64,000 bases of DNA from Octopus sinensis (GCF_006345805.1 NC_043012.1:38564001-38628000); one strand, 5' to 3'; numbered from the stretch's first letter, positions 36,280 through 51,224 are shown. Made by a program: numbers and translations. Notes: generated from the sequence alone by a model not told the origin.

Positions 36280-36845
36280 TGCATATGTTGAGGCCTTAGT
36301 CGGATGTCTGGTAGAATTTAAGAATTCCAGTTATTCGGTGACAGAGCAGGGTGCGGATATTGATCAACAGAATACAGCCTTTGGTTAACAGGTATCAGGG
36401 AATACAACTAATATACGACTCAATGAAAGTCTATTCCCTTGCTGGAAATAACAGTTTGTTGTCTGTGTCTTTATTTCACGATTGTTCTGCGTCATAAGTA
36501 ACGATTTCATAAATGAGCAACCATTTTTTATGAATAATTCTTCATAATATGGATGTGCTTTCTGCATATGTTCAGTTCTTAGTTTGACGCCTGGTAAAAT
36601 TTAAGAGCTACAATCATTCGCCGACAGGGCAGAGTGCGGAAATTGATCAAGAGAATACAGCCTTCGATTAGTAAGGATCCAAGAATACAACAATAATACG
36701 ACTCAATGAAGGTCTATCTCTTGCTGGAAATAACAGTTCGTTTTCTGTGTCTTTATTTTACGATTGTACTGCGTTATCAGTAACACTTTCGTAAATGAGC
36801 AACCATTTTTATGAATAATTCTTCATAATATGGATGTGTTTTCTT
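36280..36845. repeat. Diverged two-unit tandem duplication, period 283 bp
   Basis: The units start TGCATATGTT at 36280 and 36563 and are colinear to ATGGATGTG(C/T)TTTCT. Confidence 0.9.
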
Positions 36846-36959
36846 CTAAAGTTTTCTTTCGTGTCGGTGCGTTTTATGCTGTGGTGCGTGGCACGTTGCA
36901 AATACTGTTCCTTGTTTGTAATGCATAGCGAACATCGAGGGAATGTTGTACATGTATGG

Positions 36960-37790
36960 ACAGCCTAACAGAACTATATGCACCACAGTTAACACTACAG
37001 CCGTCACAACTACCGCAGCCATTACAAATATTACCACCGCAAACACAACCGCTGCAAATGGCAGCATCATTGCCATCTGCAGCACGAATAGCTTCACCAT
37101 CACCACATCAACCAACTCCATCAACGTTACAACGCTACAAATACCAACACAACCACTACAAATGCACCGACAGTCAGCACTGCAACAACCACGACAAAAT
37201 ATTTACCTGTTTTGACTATCACCACTACAACATGTACTACATTCAATACCGCCGCCACCACCACCACCACCGTCCCTAACTTAAGAACGAGAACCATTAT
37301 CGCTACATCCAAATTAACCATCATCAACATCACAAATCCCAGCGACCATCAGTAACTTCGTAAGCACCATCATCACTATCCGACACCACCACTGCCACCA
37401 CCACCACCGCCGCCACCACCATTACCACCATCACGATCACCACCAACACAACCAACACAACCACCACCACTACCACCATATCAAGCACTGCTTCAGTCTA
37501 CCACAACTATAAACATAGGCGTTAATACCACCGCCACAACCACCACTACTACTACCACCACTACTACTGCCACCACTACTACTACCACCACCACTACAAC
37601 TACTACCACCACCACAACCACCACCACCACCGCCACCAAAACAACAAACAACACCAATACAGCCCCCCCCCCCAGCATCCTTAATACAACTGTGAGGATG
37701 CCTACCAAACACAGCCGCCACATCCACAAATCTCATCTGCTGCAACCATTCCCATTTCCACTCCCACCACGACCATCGCCGTCAAAACAT
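36960..37790. repeat. Low-complexity (CAC/CAA/ACT)-rich tract
   Basis: Degenerate trinucleotide repeats; no frame stays open across the tract. Confidence 0.8.
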
Positions 37791-37894
37791 TACGTGCTCA
37801 TTAACTTACATTAGTAGATTAATTATTTTCTAATCCCAATAATACTCAATGTTATTTTCGAAGATGGTTCATAATTTATTTACCGTGTTTATGT

Positions 37895-37931
<37 letters not shown>

Positions 37932-38594
37932 GTTTGTGTGTGTGTGTGTGTCTGTGTGTGTGTGTGTGTGTGTGTGTTTGTGTGTGTGTGTGGTGTCTGT
38001 GTGTCTGTCTCTGTGTGCGTGTTCCAATTCATACATATAGAAACAGATATCTACATACATATGCACTTACGTTCATAATACATATATACACACACACACA
38101 CATATATATAAATATAAGAGTGAGTGTGTGTATATGTGTATATTATGCATGCGCATATATGTATTTGTATATATTTGTGTGTGTGTTTGTGAGTGTGTAT
38201 GCGTGTATGTATGTATGTTCACGCTTGTGTATATATATTTATGTGCATGTGTGTATGTCAGTTTATGTATGTTTATTATCTATGTCTGCATGTGTGTCTC
38301 TGTATAGGTGTGTGTATATATATGCGCTTGTGAGTGTGTATGTGTGTCTGTATTGTAGGCTTTATGCTACAGCAGGTGTGGATGTTTGTATACGTGCTCG
38401 CAGGTGTGTATATATGAAGATGTACCTTCATAAACATACATCTGACAACAAAGTCCAGCAATTGAACACGCATTGCAATGACTTTTCTCTCTTTCTACAC
38501 TCACACGCACATACACATATGCAGACACAGGCACACATGCATACATACATATAGATATATATATACATACATATATGTATATATGCATACGTAC

Positions 38595-38644
<50 letters not shown>

Positions 38645-38645
38645 T

Positions 38646-38687
<42 letters not shown>

Positions 38688-39159
38688 CGCATGCGCACAT
38701 GTATGTATATACCTGTGCGTATAAGTGTAAGTATATATATATGCATTGTGTGTGCGCGCGTGTGTGATTGCATAGATACACAAACCTACATATATTAATC
38801 TCTCCAGAGAATTCTTAATTTATCTGCAGAATTTAATGGAGGAATTCCAAGCGAGATTAAATTTTAAATTTTAAAATATCTACAAACACACACAAAACAC
38901 TCATACACGCACATGTATACACAAAGAAATACACTATACGTACACACACACACATATATATGTATATATATTTACATACATACACATAAACATATATATA
39001 TTTACATATGAGCATATATTATATATTATTTGTGTGTATATATATATATGTGTTGTATATATCTATATATTATAATATATATATATATATATATAACATA
39101 CATAATACAACACCACACCACATATATATATATATATATAAATATATATATATACATAT

Positions 39160-39209
<50 letters not shown>

Positions 39210-39216
39210 TATATAT

Positions 39217-39287
<71 letters not shown>

Positions 39288-39313
39288 AATATATATTATA
39301 TAGAAATAAATAA

Positions 39314-39365
<52 letters not shown>

Positions 39366-39618
39366 ATATATATATAATATAATATAATATAATATAATAT
39401 AATATTATATTATGATCAACCTAAAAAACTTAGGAGCGCATAGTGAAACTAAAACAACACGCAACCTGCCTCATGACTTAGGAAGATCTCTTCAACACGC
39501 ACGGCTTTCTAAGATGTTTACATATCTCCTTCTGCTGTTTACTATCGTGCCTCCCTTTTTAACCGTTTTAGCTGATTCACAGTTTAATATTTCGAAATAT
39601 ATATCCACATACACATGC

Positions 39619-39705
<87 letters not shown>

Positions 39706-39970
39706 CGTATATATATATTGCTTTTTCCGATGTCAATGATTGCAACAAGTATTGCTGAGAACTCTCGTTCAAAAGATTTATGCAATTATATTGACTGCAG
39801 AAATCACTTTGTCGCACACTTCATTGATTTAAACATACACACACACACATGCGTGTGTGTGAGTGTGAGCGTGTGTATGTGTGTGTGCACGGAGATATGT
39901 AACCTACCCAATCGCATGTGCTTTCCGCATGAATATCGGGAGTTGTGTGTGCGCGTACGTGCACGCTTAC

Positions 39971-40016
<46 letters not shown>

Positions 40017-40205
40017 ATGTAAGTATTTATGTATGTATGTTTGTATGTATGTAAGAATATGTCTGTGTATGTGCGTGTGTGTTTGTGTGACATTGTAAAT
40101 ATTTAAAGTTTTAATTTTATTTATCCCTTCCATTACAGTGCAAAGCTTATTAGAAGGTTTATCCATATACATTTATACCCTCGGCGGTATTGTCAATATG
40201 TATAG

Positions 40206-40243
<38 letters not shown>

Positions 40244-40535
40244 TGTTATAGGTCATAACATCATTCTACTATAAATTTCGTATTGTGGCATACAATATCC
40301 CTTCTTCTCCTGGTGTGTGTATGCAACATATGCAGTTTAGAAGTCTTACAGACTGGAGCCTGATATAGATTATGTTAATATCTTTTTACAAGCATTATGT
40401 TGCTTCTAGTATATTTAGATGTTTAACTCGGTCTGCATTTTAATTAAGTCTATCGCAAGATATCTGATGCTTTCATAACATTAATATTTATATAGGAACG
40501 ACTAATGTACATATTGCAACATATGTGTACGTATG

Positions 40536-40586
<51 letters not shown>

Positions 40587-40645
40587 ATATATACATTTAT
40601 ACATACATATAATAAATATAACATATATATATATATACATTCTTA

Positions 40646-40683
<38 letters not shown>

Positions 40684-42549
40684 ATATATATATATATATA
40701 ATATTTTATATCCTCTTATATAATAAATATATTTGCCGTGGAAAGAAAAGTTAATCAAACGATAAGTCGGGAGTGAGTGTAAGTGTGAGTGAGTGACAGT
40801 AGCATAACTAAAGTAGTATTGAGTAAGTGAAATTTCTCACTTCATAAACTGTGTACAATTAAGTCAGGAGTGATTTTATGCTGGTGACTTTTAAAAAGAA
40901 GGAAATAGTGCTATACATGTTTGCCACAATTTAAACATGTTAAGAGATTTCTAATAAGAAGGGAACATGAAATTAAATATGTGAATTTTATGCATCCTCT
41001 TTCTTATAATTCATTACCTTCCATTTCAATTTGCTCACCATCTTATGACGAAATGATTGTCCCCTTTGTATCGACTGCGAATCTCAGGAGGGCCACGTTC
41101 ATTTGCCATGATTTGTGAATGTCATCGTTGTTGCAAATTAAATTTTACATTATTAAAACATTTATCTGAGCAGTGAAATACAAAAGTGATGTCCTTTTTG
41201 AAGAGACAAATGTTAGTGTTCATAATACCATTGTGGTCTGCCAGTTTCAACGAGAAACATATAGTATCCCATTTAGGAATTATAGGGCTAAGGATCTTTG
41301 GTAAGATTAGAATACTTTACTAAAAATACAAAGCAAAACATTTTAAGATGAGAAATTTATCGACGCGTTCTCTTGTCGATTTGAAAGGGTGTCAAATCCG
41401 ACACCAGCGGAATGCATGTGTGTGTGTGTATGTATGCGGTCCAATATCTAGACGTATTTCATCTATTTCTACTATAAAACCTATTTAAAATAAGACATAC
41501 CAATCGTTTCTTGTCATCATAACACTGAGATTAGGCAGACTTATTTAACGTAGCTTTTGTCTCTCTGGCAAGAAACAATTAGCAGCTCTTATTTTAATAC
41601 CATTTACATTAACTGACATTTATCTCTCACTGGATGTAGTACTTATATTGTTGATCCTAACTTAACGGAACAATAATCTACATAATGTGTGTGTGTGTGT
41701 GTGTTTCACTTGTTGCGTCTGGCACATGCTTTAAATAGTAGGTAAATCTCCCTCAAACAACTTAATACTTACATATGTTGTAATAACAAGTGAAGTGGCC
41801 CCGATCTTCTGGAAATAGCAAACACATCTTCCTTTCCTCCATCCTACCATTTTAAAGATTTGTGTGATCACGTGTTTTTCAGATTCTGCCACATGAAAAT
41901 TGATGGGTGGTTATTACTGGCTTGCATCTGGCCATAGGTTTACGGTTCCAGGCTTCACCTGTGGAAAATTAAAAAATACAAATCAAAGAACACACTGGAT
42001 AATGTAATCTAGAATACATTAAAAAAAAATATCTGATTAACGAGTAGCGTGGTCACAACTGTAAATAGATTGACTTCATTCTGGTCTCTCCCAGCCGTTA
42101 AACAACAAAAACATCTGCAATATGACAAGCACAGGAAGACCGACATTCTCCCCTTCATTTTCTTGATGAAAATTAAAACTCTTTCTGTGACTCCGCCTCA
42201 AATTTCCTGTCACAAAGGCTGTGAACTTGATTTCTAAAATAACTTCGTTCCGAAGTACATTTACTAATCCGGTATTTATTTGCCATATTCTTGGAGAGAT
42301 TCCAGGCTTTTACACCTTGTCTTATTACTTGTAAGACCGACATTTCAACTGTAGCGGATATTGCCCTTAAAAATAGAATTTCTAACTTCCTCAAGCAAAA
42401 ATTCTTAGATTATATTTGTCAGTTTAGTTGGGAGTTTCGTTATTTATGTTGGTTAATATAATTTCTTTACATATTATACGCACTTACAGACATAAACATA
42501 AGCAAAATGAGTGTATTTGTGTGTATGTATGCATGCATGTATGTATATT

Positions 42550-42590
<41 letters not shown>

Positions 42591-42927
42591 TTGTGTATCC
42601 TATATATATATATATATGTATATATAAATACTCATACTACACTATACACAGATGCGTATATAATATAAAACTTTGTATGCACAAGTATATATAGGCATAA
42701 ACATAAGAATATAAAAATATATATCAATATCTATACTTTAGGACACGCACACCTTTATGTGTGTCCATGTATGCAGCCAAACTTGTAGACGACCATTACT
42801 TATGATTACATGGCTACGTAGGCACGAATTACTTCGGAATATAGCTTCCATACTTGTGTATTTATGTGTGCATCAGTGTTCCCATATATTTGGATGCATA
42901 CGCATAGTGACATTATTGGATATATAT

Positions 42928-42981
<54 letters not shown>

Positions 42982-43104
42982 TATATACAAAAGATATATA
43001 TATATATATACAAAGATTATATATATATATGTTTAAAAAAAAGAAAAAGAAAATGTAGATAAGGAAGTTAATATTGTTTATTATTAGCAAATTGGTCATC
43101 TTCG

Positions 43105-43202
43105 CTTCTTACAGCCGTTTCAATTAATACTTAATAATTTAATTACAAATTTTCACGTTAAATTTACATCTATGCGACATGAGTATAATTTCATCAGAGA
43201 AA
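43105..43202 (-). ncRNA. Type I hammerhead motif with an extended helix II (PLE-type terminus about 43030-43375)
   Basis: UUUCU-CUGAUGA-[AAUUAUACU...AGUAuUAAUU, 69 nt]-GAA-ACGGCUGU-A-AGAAG; tail runs into (TA)n. Confidence 0.7.
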
Positions 43203-43384
43203 AACCAACGTACCTTCGGATATGGACCTCAGCAGACTAAATGGATATAAACTATATGCTTAATATATAGCTGTTGTTTTAAGAGAATTTGATTCCTCCA
43301 AAATACTAGGTATTCAAACAGTATTTCCTTGGATGCAACCATTACTGCAAGAGATTAACATGCCCCCTAATTAAATATATATAT

Positions 43385-43607
43385 TCATTTTACTGTTTCA
43401 TTTGTTTCAGTCATTTGACAGCGGCCATGCTGTTGTACCGCGTTTAGTCGAAGAAATCGATCCCAGGACTTATAATTTGTAAGCCTAGTAATTATTCTAA
43501 CCAGTGTCTTTTGCCGACCCGCTACTGTTACGAGGACATAAACACACCAGCATCGGTTGTCAAACGATGGTGGGTGGACAAACGCATACACAAAGACACA
43601 CAGACAG
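43385..43607 (-). mobile_element. 3' half of the composite SINE
   Basis: TTTCAGTCATTTGACAGCGGCCATGCTG...AAACACACCAGCATCGGTTGTCAAACGATG. Confidence 0.8.
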
Positions 43608-43711
43608 AAATATATATATATATAAATATAGGTAAAACTTACTTGGAAATGGATGTGTGGCGTTCGATCATATAATAATATATATATACCACACACACAC
43701 ACACACACACA

Positions 43712-43754
<43 letters not shown>

Positions 43755-44273
43755 TATATATATATGTGCAAATATACATACATATATGTACATACCTACA
43801 TATGTATATACACATGTATATATGGGTGAGGACGTCAAAACGAGACCAAAAACAAAAACATGGAAAACGAAGTTTTTTCGAACAACGAAAGAAACAAATA
43901 GAGAAACGTGACAGGCAACGTAAAGAACAATCCCTTCATCAGTTGTCCCCTGTTTTATATATATATATAACAACAAAAACGAGGGGCAGGTAAAACGTGT
44001 ACCAACATTCACCTCTTCGGGTCCTCACTGTCACCATACTTCTCTGATGATGGAATTTCTATTCTTGAGCGAATCGCGTATACATAAACGCACCCAAACA
44101 TGCGCATGCGCGCGTTCACATACATGCGCACACACTACACACGAGCAGCCAACGCACATCTGCGAGTGCGTCTTGCATATATACCAAATATGTGCGTGTT
44201 GTGTACATATATATACATATACATACATACATACATACATATATATACATATACATACATACATACATATATA

Positions 44274-44331
<58 letters not shown>

Positions 44332-44810
44332 CATATATGAGGTAGTTTAAATGCATTACTCCATCAATCTAGAGGAGTAATATATTTATTAATAAATAAA
44401 TATTAGTCGGGCAGATACAAAAAGGCTATCCCTGTATGTGCCAATTACTTACGCATCGCCCCCATTCCATTTCCGCTATGTTCTGCTCCTTTTTCTCCTC
44501 TGCATCTTCTCCTATTTCTTTCTTATTTCATCTTTATTTCTACTATTTCCGTTCATTTTCTAAACTCTCCTTTTAGACAGGAAGAGCACGTTTGATAATA
44601 ACAACAGCACTAAATAAATAATATAAGCTGCTTTCGTTATCTTCAGTTTTGACTAATTTACCAAGTACTGCAGCTTTCGATATTTATTCGTTGCTACTAC
44701 TTACCTGCAGATGGTGTCCACAAGTATTTACGTCTGAATCGTGCAAGAAGAGTGGCTGTGCTGATTTTAAAGTATACACGCTTACATACATACATGCACA
44801 TATGTATCCA

Positions 44811-45198
44811 AATGGTTAAGGTCAAACAATTGACAAGCAAATATGTGGTATTGAGCAGAATATTTGCTGTAGTGGTAATTTGGTTGGATCGTTGCCACGC
44901 CGGGCGAAATGCTTAGCGGTATTTCGTCTGCCGCTACGTTCTGAGTTCAAATGCTGCCGAGGTCGACTTTGCCTTTCATCCTTTCGGGATCGCTAAATTA
45001 AGTACCAGTTACGCACTGGTGTCGATGTAATCAATTTAATACCTTTGTGTGTCCCCTCTATGTTTAACCCCTTGTGGGCAATAAAGAAATAAGAATATTT
45101 GCGGTAGCTCATCTTTTATACTAAGACAAAACAGGTACACTTCCAATCAGTTAAGATCAGAAGCAATGAGAGCCACTGGCTGGTACTGCATCAGGGCA
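44811..45198. mobile_element. Partial copy of the 550-bp (TAA)n-associated element, interrupted by a SINE
   Basis: Reverse complement of 31394-about 31560 once 44873-45107 is removed. Confidence 0.75.
44873..45091 (+). mobile_element. Family B SINE with a 16-bp target-site duplication
   Basis: AGAATATTTGC(T/G)GTAG at 44857-44872 and 45092-45107. Confidence 0.85.
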
Positions 45199-45217
45199 TT
45201 TATTATTATTATCATCA

Positions 45218-45267
<50 letters not shown>

Positions 45268-45268
45268 G

Positions 45269-45295
<27 letters not shown>

Positions 45296-45301
<6 letters not shown>

Positions 45302-46113
45302 TAGTTTTATTTTTATAGCGTGCTTTCACTTCACTACGAGCGAAGCTCTGTGTGCCTTGGTATGTGCTGTGATTTGTTGTGATGCTCTGATGGTTATTGT
45401 ATGGAAGTGTCTGCGTAGGATGTGTGCAGTGCCTAGTAGTGCAATTTTCTGTATGTTATATGTGTTTGTAAGTCCTGGTGTTTGTTAGTATTTGTCTGAA
45501 TATTTTTTTATCATGCCTAATGCACCTACTATGATAGGAATTGTTTCTGTTTTCAGATTCCACATTCTAGTTACCTCTATTTCCAGGTCTTTGTATTTTG
45601 AGAGTTTCTCCATTTCTTTTAGAGACACGTTGTCATCTGCCGGTATTGATACATCAATTAGAAAGCATTTTTTTTCTTCATGATCTCTGACAACTATATA
45701 TGGTCTGTTGCCTTAATTTCTCTATCTGTGTGTATCGGCATATCCCAGAGTATGGTTGCTTTCTCGTTTTCTGTGACCTTTTCTGGTGTGTGCCTATACC
45801 ATCTTTTTTCTGTTGTTATTCCATAATGTTGCATAGCTTCCAATGTATGTAGGTTCCAACTCTGTCATGTCTGTGAATTTCCTTCTTAGCCAGGACTGGC
45901 AGCTAGAGATAATATGATTTATTGTTTCTTGTCCATCTCCACATATTCTGCAGTTACTTGTAATATTTCTTTTCATTACATGTTTTTGGTAATTTCTGGT
46001 GGGGAGGCTTTGGTGCTTGTGCTGCAATTAAAAATCCCTCTGTCTCTGCTTTGAGTCCTGAGCTTCTCAACCATTGCTGGGATTTTTCTTTGTCTATTTC
46101 TTTTGCGTTTAGT
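45296..46113 (-). mobile_element. 5'-truncated R4/Dong-type LINE (CCHC knuckle, RLE endonuclease, 3' UTR) between (TTA)n arrays
   Basis: 'WLRSSGLKAETEGFLIAAQ', 'CRICG...ETINHIISSC', 'ILWDMPIHTD', 'CFLIDVSIP.D', 'KYKDLEIEVTRMW', 'IPIIVGALG'; frameshifted. Confidence 0.9.
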
Positions 46114-46125
46114 TTATTATTATTA

Positions 46126-46167
<42 letters not shown>

Positions 46168-46187
46168 CATTATTATTATCATCATCA

Positions 46188-46236
<49 letters not shown>

Positions 46237-46528
46237 CATCATCACATCATCATCATCATCATCATTATTATTATTTTTTTTTCTTCTTTCAAATTTGCTT
46301 CCATTTCTTGCGAGTGTCTTCCCGACTCCTAGGGCAAAGAAACTCATAGTATACATCGGTAGGCCATTACACCAAACTCAATAGTTCGTTAATTTTTATT
46401 TTTTTTTTATTTAAGTTAAATTAAAATACATGAGCAGCATCAACAATTCTCACATCGACAATCTCTTCTCGATGTGAGAATGTTGCTGCTCATGTATTTT
46501 AATTTAACTTTAAAAAAAAAAAAATTTA

Positions 46529-46576
<48 letters not shown>

Positions 46577-46602
46577 TATTATTATTGTTATTATTATTAT
46601 TA

Positions 46603-46686
46603 ACACGGTGAGCTGCCATAATTACTATCACGCCGGACAAAACGCTTAGCGGTATTTCGTCCACCTCTACTTTCTGAGTTCAAATC
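46603..46686 (+). mobile_element. 5' fragment of the family B SINE
   Basis: GGTGAGCTGCC...CACGCCGGACAAAACGCTTAGCGGTATTTCGTC...CTGAGTTCAAAT. Confidence 0.65.
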
Positions 46687-47828
46687 TCTTTTGCAGAAAA
46701 TATATATGAAAGCCATATATATGAAAGCCTCATTGAAATACGTCCGCATACTGGAGATATTTCCGTACTTCACTTTGAATTCAACTCATTTTGGAATGCC
46801 TTGATAACCTTTGTGTTAAACATGTATTTTGGGATATTTTGATTTGAATGATATTTGGCGGGGATCAAAATATGTTGATACAACAGAAACGACCGTCGGC
46901 ATTCTATGGTGAATTCCACAGCTAAAGATCTGATATTTTCTCTGCCCATGTTTAAATTGTCTCATACTCTGAATTATTCGAAATTCTTCTCAATCGTTTT
47001 CGTATTTACTTGTCATGCATAAGGAATTAGCTTGGATGTTTATTCGACTTGCTTTTATTGGTGTCTGATTGGTTGGATACAGTTAACGGAATCCGTTTAA
47101 AATTGAGTGCTTTATTGATATCTGCTCGGATGTTTTTTTATTCCTTTTGTGTGTTGGGGGTGCGGGGTGGGAGAGTGTGAGTGTGTGCAGGAGAGATACA
47201 GAAAGAGAACGACAGAGGGAATGAATGTAGATATCCACAGGTAGACAGGAGAATAAAAAATATTACTGCGAGACGAATTTGTTATTTCCACGTTCAAATT
47301 AGCCTTGTAAACATCGTAACCACTGGCAACTGAACGGAGCCGGATTTGTGCAATGACTAAAAGTTGCTTTTTTCTTTTTGTTAACTTTATTTCTTGCTAC
47401 CAATATTGTTTTGCGTGTATTTGTGAATGCAGTCTGGACGTAAAGACCTACCAGCCACGGACAATATGAAATGTCTCTGAACCATCACCAATTCATAATA
47501 TCTTGTAACCTTACCTGCGCTAATATATCCCATCAGCATAATATTCCCGTTCCACCGTTATTCCGTGTTCCGGACGACGACTCTACATTTGCGGCCTGTT
47601 TACTGCTTCACTTCATCGTACAAACACCGACTTGTGTCCGGTGATATTCATGTTTTATCGGATATGTTCATTTTTTGAGATATTCTTTGACCATTCAGCC
47701 TACGAGCACTGACGGACGGACGCGCAGCCGAGCGAAATTTCTCTCATTTATTTAGAGAAATACATTATTGAACACATAATCGACCATATCGTGCAAATAC
47801 GCATAAAAATAGGTGCGAGCACCCTATA

Positions 47829-47870
<42 letters not shown>

Positions 47871-47982
47871 TATATATAATATATTAATATATATGTGTAT
47901 ATATATATGTGTATATATATATGTGTGTATATATATATATATGTATTATTATATATATTATATGTATATATATATATATGTG

Positions 47983-48013
<31 letters not shown>

Positions 48014-48152
48014 TTGTATATATATATATATATATTATATGTAATGTGTATATAATATATATATATATATATAATATATATGTATATATATATATACATG
48101 CATACATATATATATAATATATACATACATTTATTTTTATTATATAGAGGGC

Positions 48153-48184
<32 letters not shown>

Positions 48185-48544
48185 GAATGTATATATATAC
48201 ACACACACATATATGGGCATATGTACTTGTATATGTGTGTGTCTAGGCATATGAATATGCGTGTGTATCTATGTACACACCCCCACACTTCTGAGCAAAC
48301 ATACAAATAGCGATATCAAAACCTACCACATATTCCGTGTGGGTGTGTATATACATATCCGTGAGTATATGAATATATATATATATATGCTTATATGTGC
48401 ATATATATGCATATGTATATGTGTATATGTATATATATATAGATGTGTGTGTGTGTGCATATGTATGCATGGATACATAGAAAGTACAAAGAGAGACACG
48501 CACAGGTTCACACAGACACACACACGCACACACACACACACACA

Positions 48545-48593
<49 letters not shown>

Positions 48594-48839
48594 ATCCATC
48601 CGATCATCTATCGCTCTGTAGACTCTACCAAAACACCATCAAAGCGTATCAAAGCTGTAGTCAGAGCGTCAATATAAATATTTATTCTCAATTATTTTCC
48701 AATGTGTGAATGTTTGCAGAATATTTCAACTCTGATTTAATCCCAAATGAACCATTTAGTAAATCTACTGATCTTTGCATTATACGATTGGAGATGATTG
48801 CTTATTATCGCATTAATTTGATTACTGTGGTTACCATCT

Positions 48840-48879
<40 letters not shown>

Positions 48880-50060
48880 CATTATTACAATGATTGCGTT
48901 GCTATTATCATTATTGCAGTGATTGGATTGCTATTATTATCATGGATATCGTTAGAAATATCAGTTCTATTATTGATGTTGTTATTGTTTTTGGTAAACG
49001 GATGCTAGTAACAGAACTCCGTATAGCTTGGATTTTACCAAATTAGTTTGAAAAAGAAAAAGAGTAAAATTTGGTATTGTTTTCCAATAATGAGTGTTTG
49101 AACAGAGCCTGGAGGAGAAAAGAAAATTAGCTCCCTTGCATTGCATACACTGCTTTCAGCAAAATCTAATTTCCTCGCCGCTTTACTAGTCGAATGTGGC
49201 CATGTTTAATTTGTCGTAGCGGTGTAGATTCTGTTCAAGAATGTGGTCGCAGCATTCATCCCCCACTGTCACCCATCCATCCATCCAGATAGCCGTCCAT
49301 TTACCTACTATTTATAGAACGATCGCGGAGGAAAAATCCTAAGGCACCTCCATCGTAGGGCCCTGTCAAAAGGGATCTCCATATATGTATATGTTGTAGT
49401 GTCTGTGTTTGACCCTCACCACTGCATGAAAACCGGTATTGGTGTGTGTACGTCCACGAATCTTAGTAGTTCTGGAAAAGGGAGCAGCGATAGAATAATT
49501 ACAGCTAGTGCAGGTCCCGACTAGAAACTTCCAGATTCCCCAAAACCTCCTCCTACCATGCTTACTCGATCGCCGTTGGGCTTTTGTAAAAAAAAACAGC
49601 AAAAAACAAAGGCGTGGTTTGGATTAAAAAGACGTGAATTTGTTTAGGACGAGATCCCCACCCACTCTGCCCTAAAATGCTTCTGCCGCGGCATTACCTG
49701 GAGTGACATGCGAGGTTCAGAAGAGAGGTTGCAACGGAATGTAGCCAGCACCACAGTCATTACAATTGTGCCTTTCTAGTTAGTCCGTCTGGCATCGCTA
49801 GCAATGGTGCTGAGGTCTCTTCCTGGAGACAACGGGTAACCATGTGCTCCCGCACCTTTCAGTCATGGTCGGGCGTTCGCCTCTAAACCTGCTCCCTCTT
49901 TGGTTCAGATTCCTGGATCTTTAAGGAGTGTGTCAGGGCACCCATCAGAACTAAATATAAGGTCTGTTCAAACAAGGGTACAAGTGCGCTGGACTTGTCT
50001 CTCACCACGTCAAATTAAGACTCTAACCGTGGGTAAATCGGAAGAAGCTAGATCTTTGAA

Positions 50061-50463
50061 CTCCTCCCCTCCTCCACTCCTTCCTTCTTCTTCCACCTTC
50101 TCCCCTCCTCCATCTCTCCTTCCCTCTTCTCCTCTTCTTCTTCTTCTTCTTCTTCTATTCCTCTTCTACTCCCTTCCTTCTCCGCCCTTCTTTCTCCTCC
50201 TCCACTCCTCTTCTCCCCCTCCTCACATTTCCCCTCTTCCTCATCCTCCCCCTCGTCAATCTCTCCTTCGTCTTCTTCCGTACACTTTCCTCTTCTTTCT
50301 TCCACCTTCCTCTTCCTCCTACCACCTTCCACTTCCTCTTCCTCACTTCTTCTTTCTTCTTCCCCTTCTCTTCCTCCTACCCTCTCCCTCGCCTTCCTCC
50401 TCCCCTTCCCTCCTGCTCCACTTCTGACTCCTCCTCCACCTCCTCCTCCTCCCCTCCTCCTCC
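50061..50463. repeat. About 400-bp polypyrimidine/polypurine tract followed by (CTA)n
   Basis: Almost exclusively C/T on the plus strand. Confidence 0.95.
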
Positions 50464-50474
50464 TACTACTACTA

Positions 50475-50521
<47 letters not shown>

Positions 50522-51221
50522 AACTAACTTATCCATGATGATGATGATGAGCATAATGCCAAAGGATTTTGTTGCTGTTACTATTTTCGTTGGATGCAAC
50601 AGATTCATGACAAAAGCGCTCCTGCCGTGAACGTCTAGGCTCTTTCAGACACAGTGTATCTAGGACTGCAGTATCAATTGTGTGTTATTTATTGAATAAA
50701 AGGAAAAATAAACTTGAACATATGAAAAAGAACACAATTTTTTTTTAAAACGAAGATAAAACAGAATGCTTTGATTTGAGGAATATTTAGTTACTATTTC
50801 TATCAGCTTTGAAGAGCAACGTAGAGGTTCGTTCCATTGTTGGGTTGTGATGAGGGGTGTTGTTGATGTTAGACACTATTTTCATTTTTCTCTCTTTATA
50901 CATCCTGCCTGTTCATTCATCCGTACGCTCGGCTGACAGTGGTTGTCCAAGCTTGCAGTTTTCAATATCTATGAGAGATAGAAAAAAAAACACACACAAA
51001 CAAACGCAAAATACACAAGAAGATTCAACATAAATAACAACACAAACAGAACAAAAAACAAATATGTAAACAAAGAAAAACCTGATAGAAAAAATTAGAA
51101 CTTAGAAAGATAAATAACTGGTATTTTACGCTCAATGTACGGTGAAAAAAGGACACAAACACACATTTTTCGATAACCTTTATATAGAAATAAAGCAATC
51201 ACAATACAGACATATGTAAGC

Positions 51222-51224
51222 TTG

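Noticed and set aside
36960-37790. Thr-rich, mucin-like reading
   Set aside because: No continuous ORF; explained by degenerate trinucleotide repeats.
43830-44100. CTGATGA on the minus strand at about 43937 and on the plus strand at about 44045
   Set aside because: The first has no GAAA partner in the window (a TA array interrupts it); the second lacks A15.1 and helix I.
44338-44370. TGAGGTAGT, the start of let-7
   Set aside because: The match stops after 9 nt and there is no pre-miRNA hairpin.
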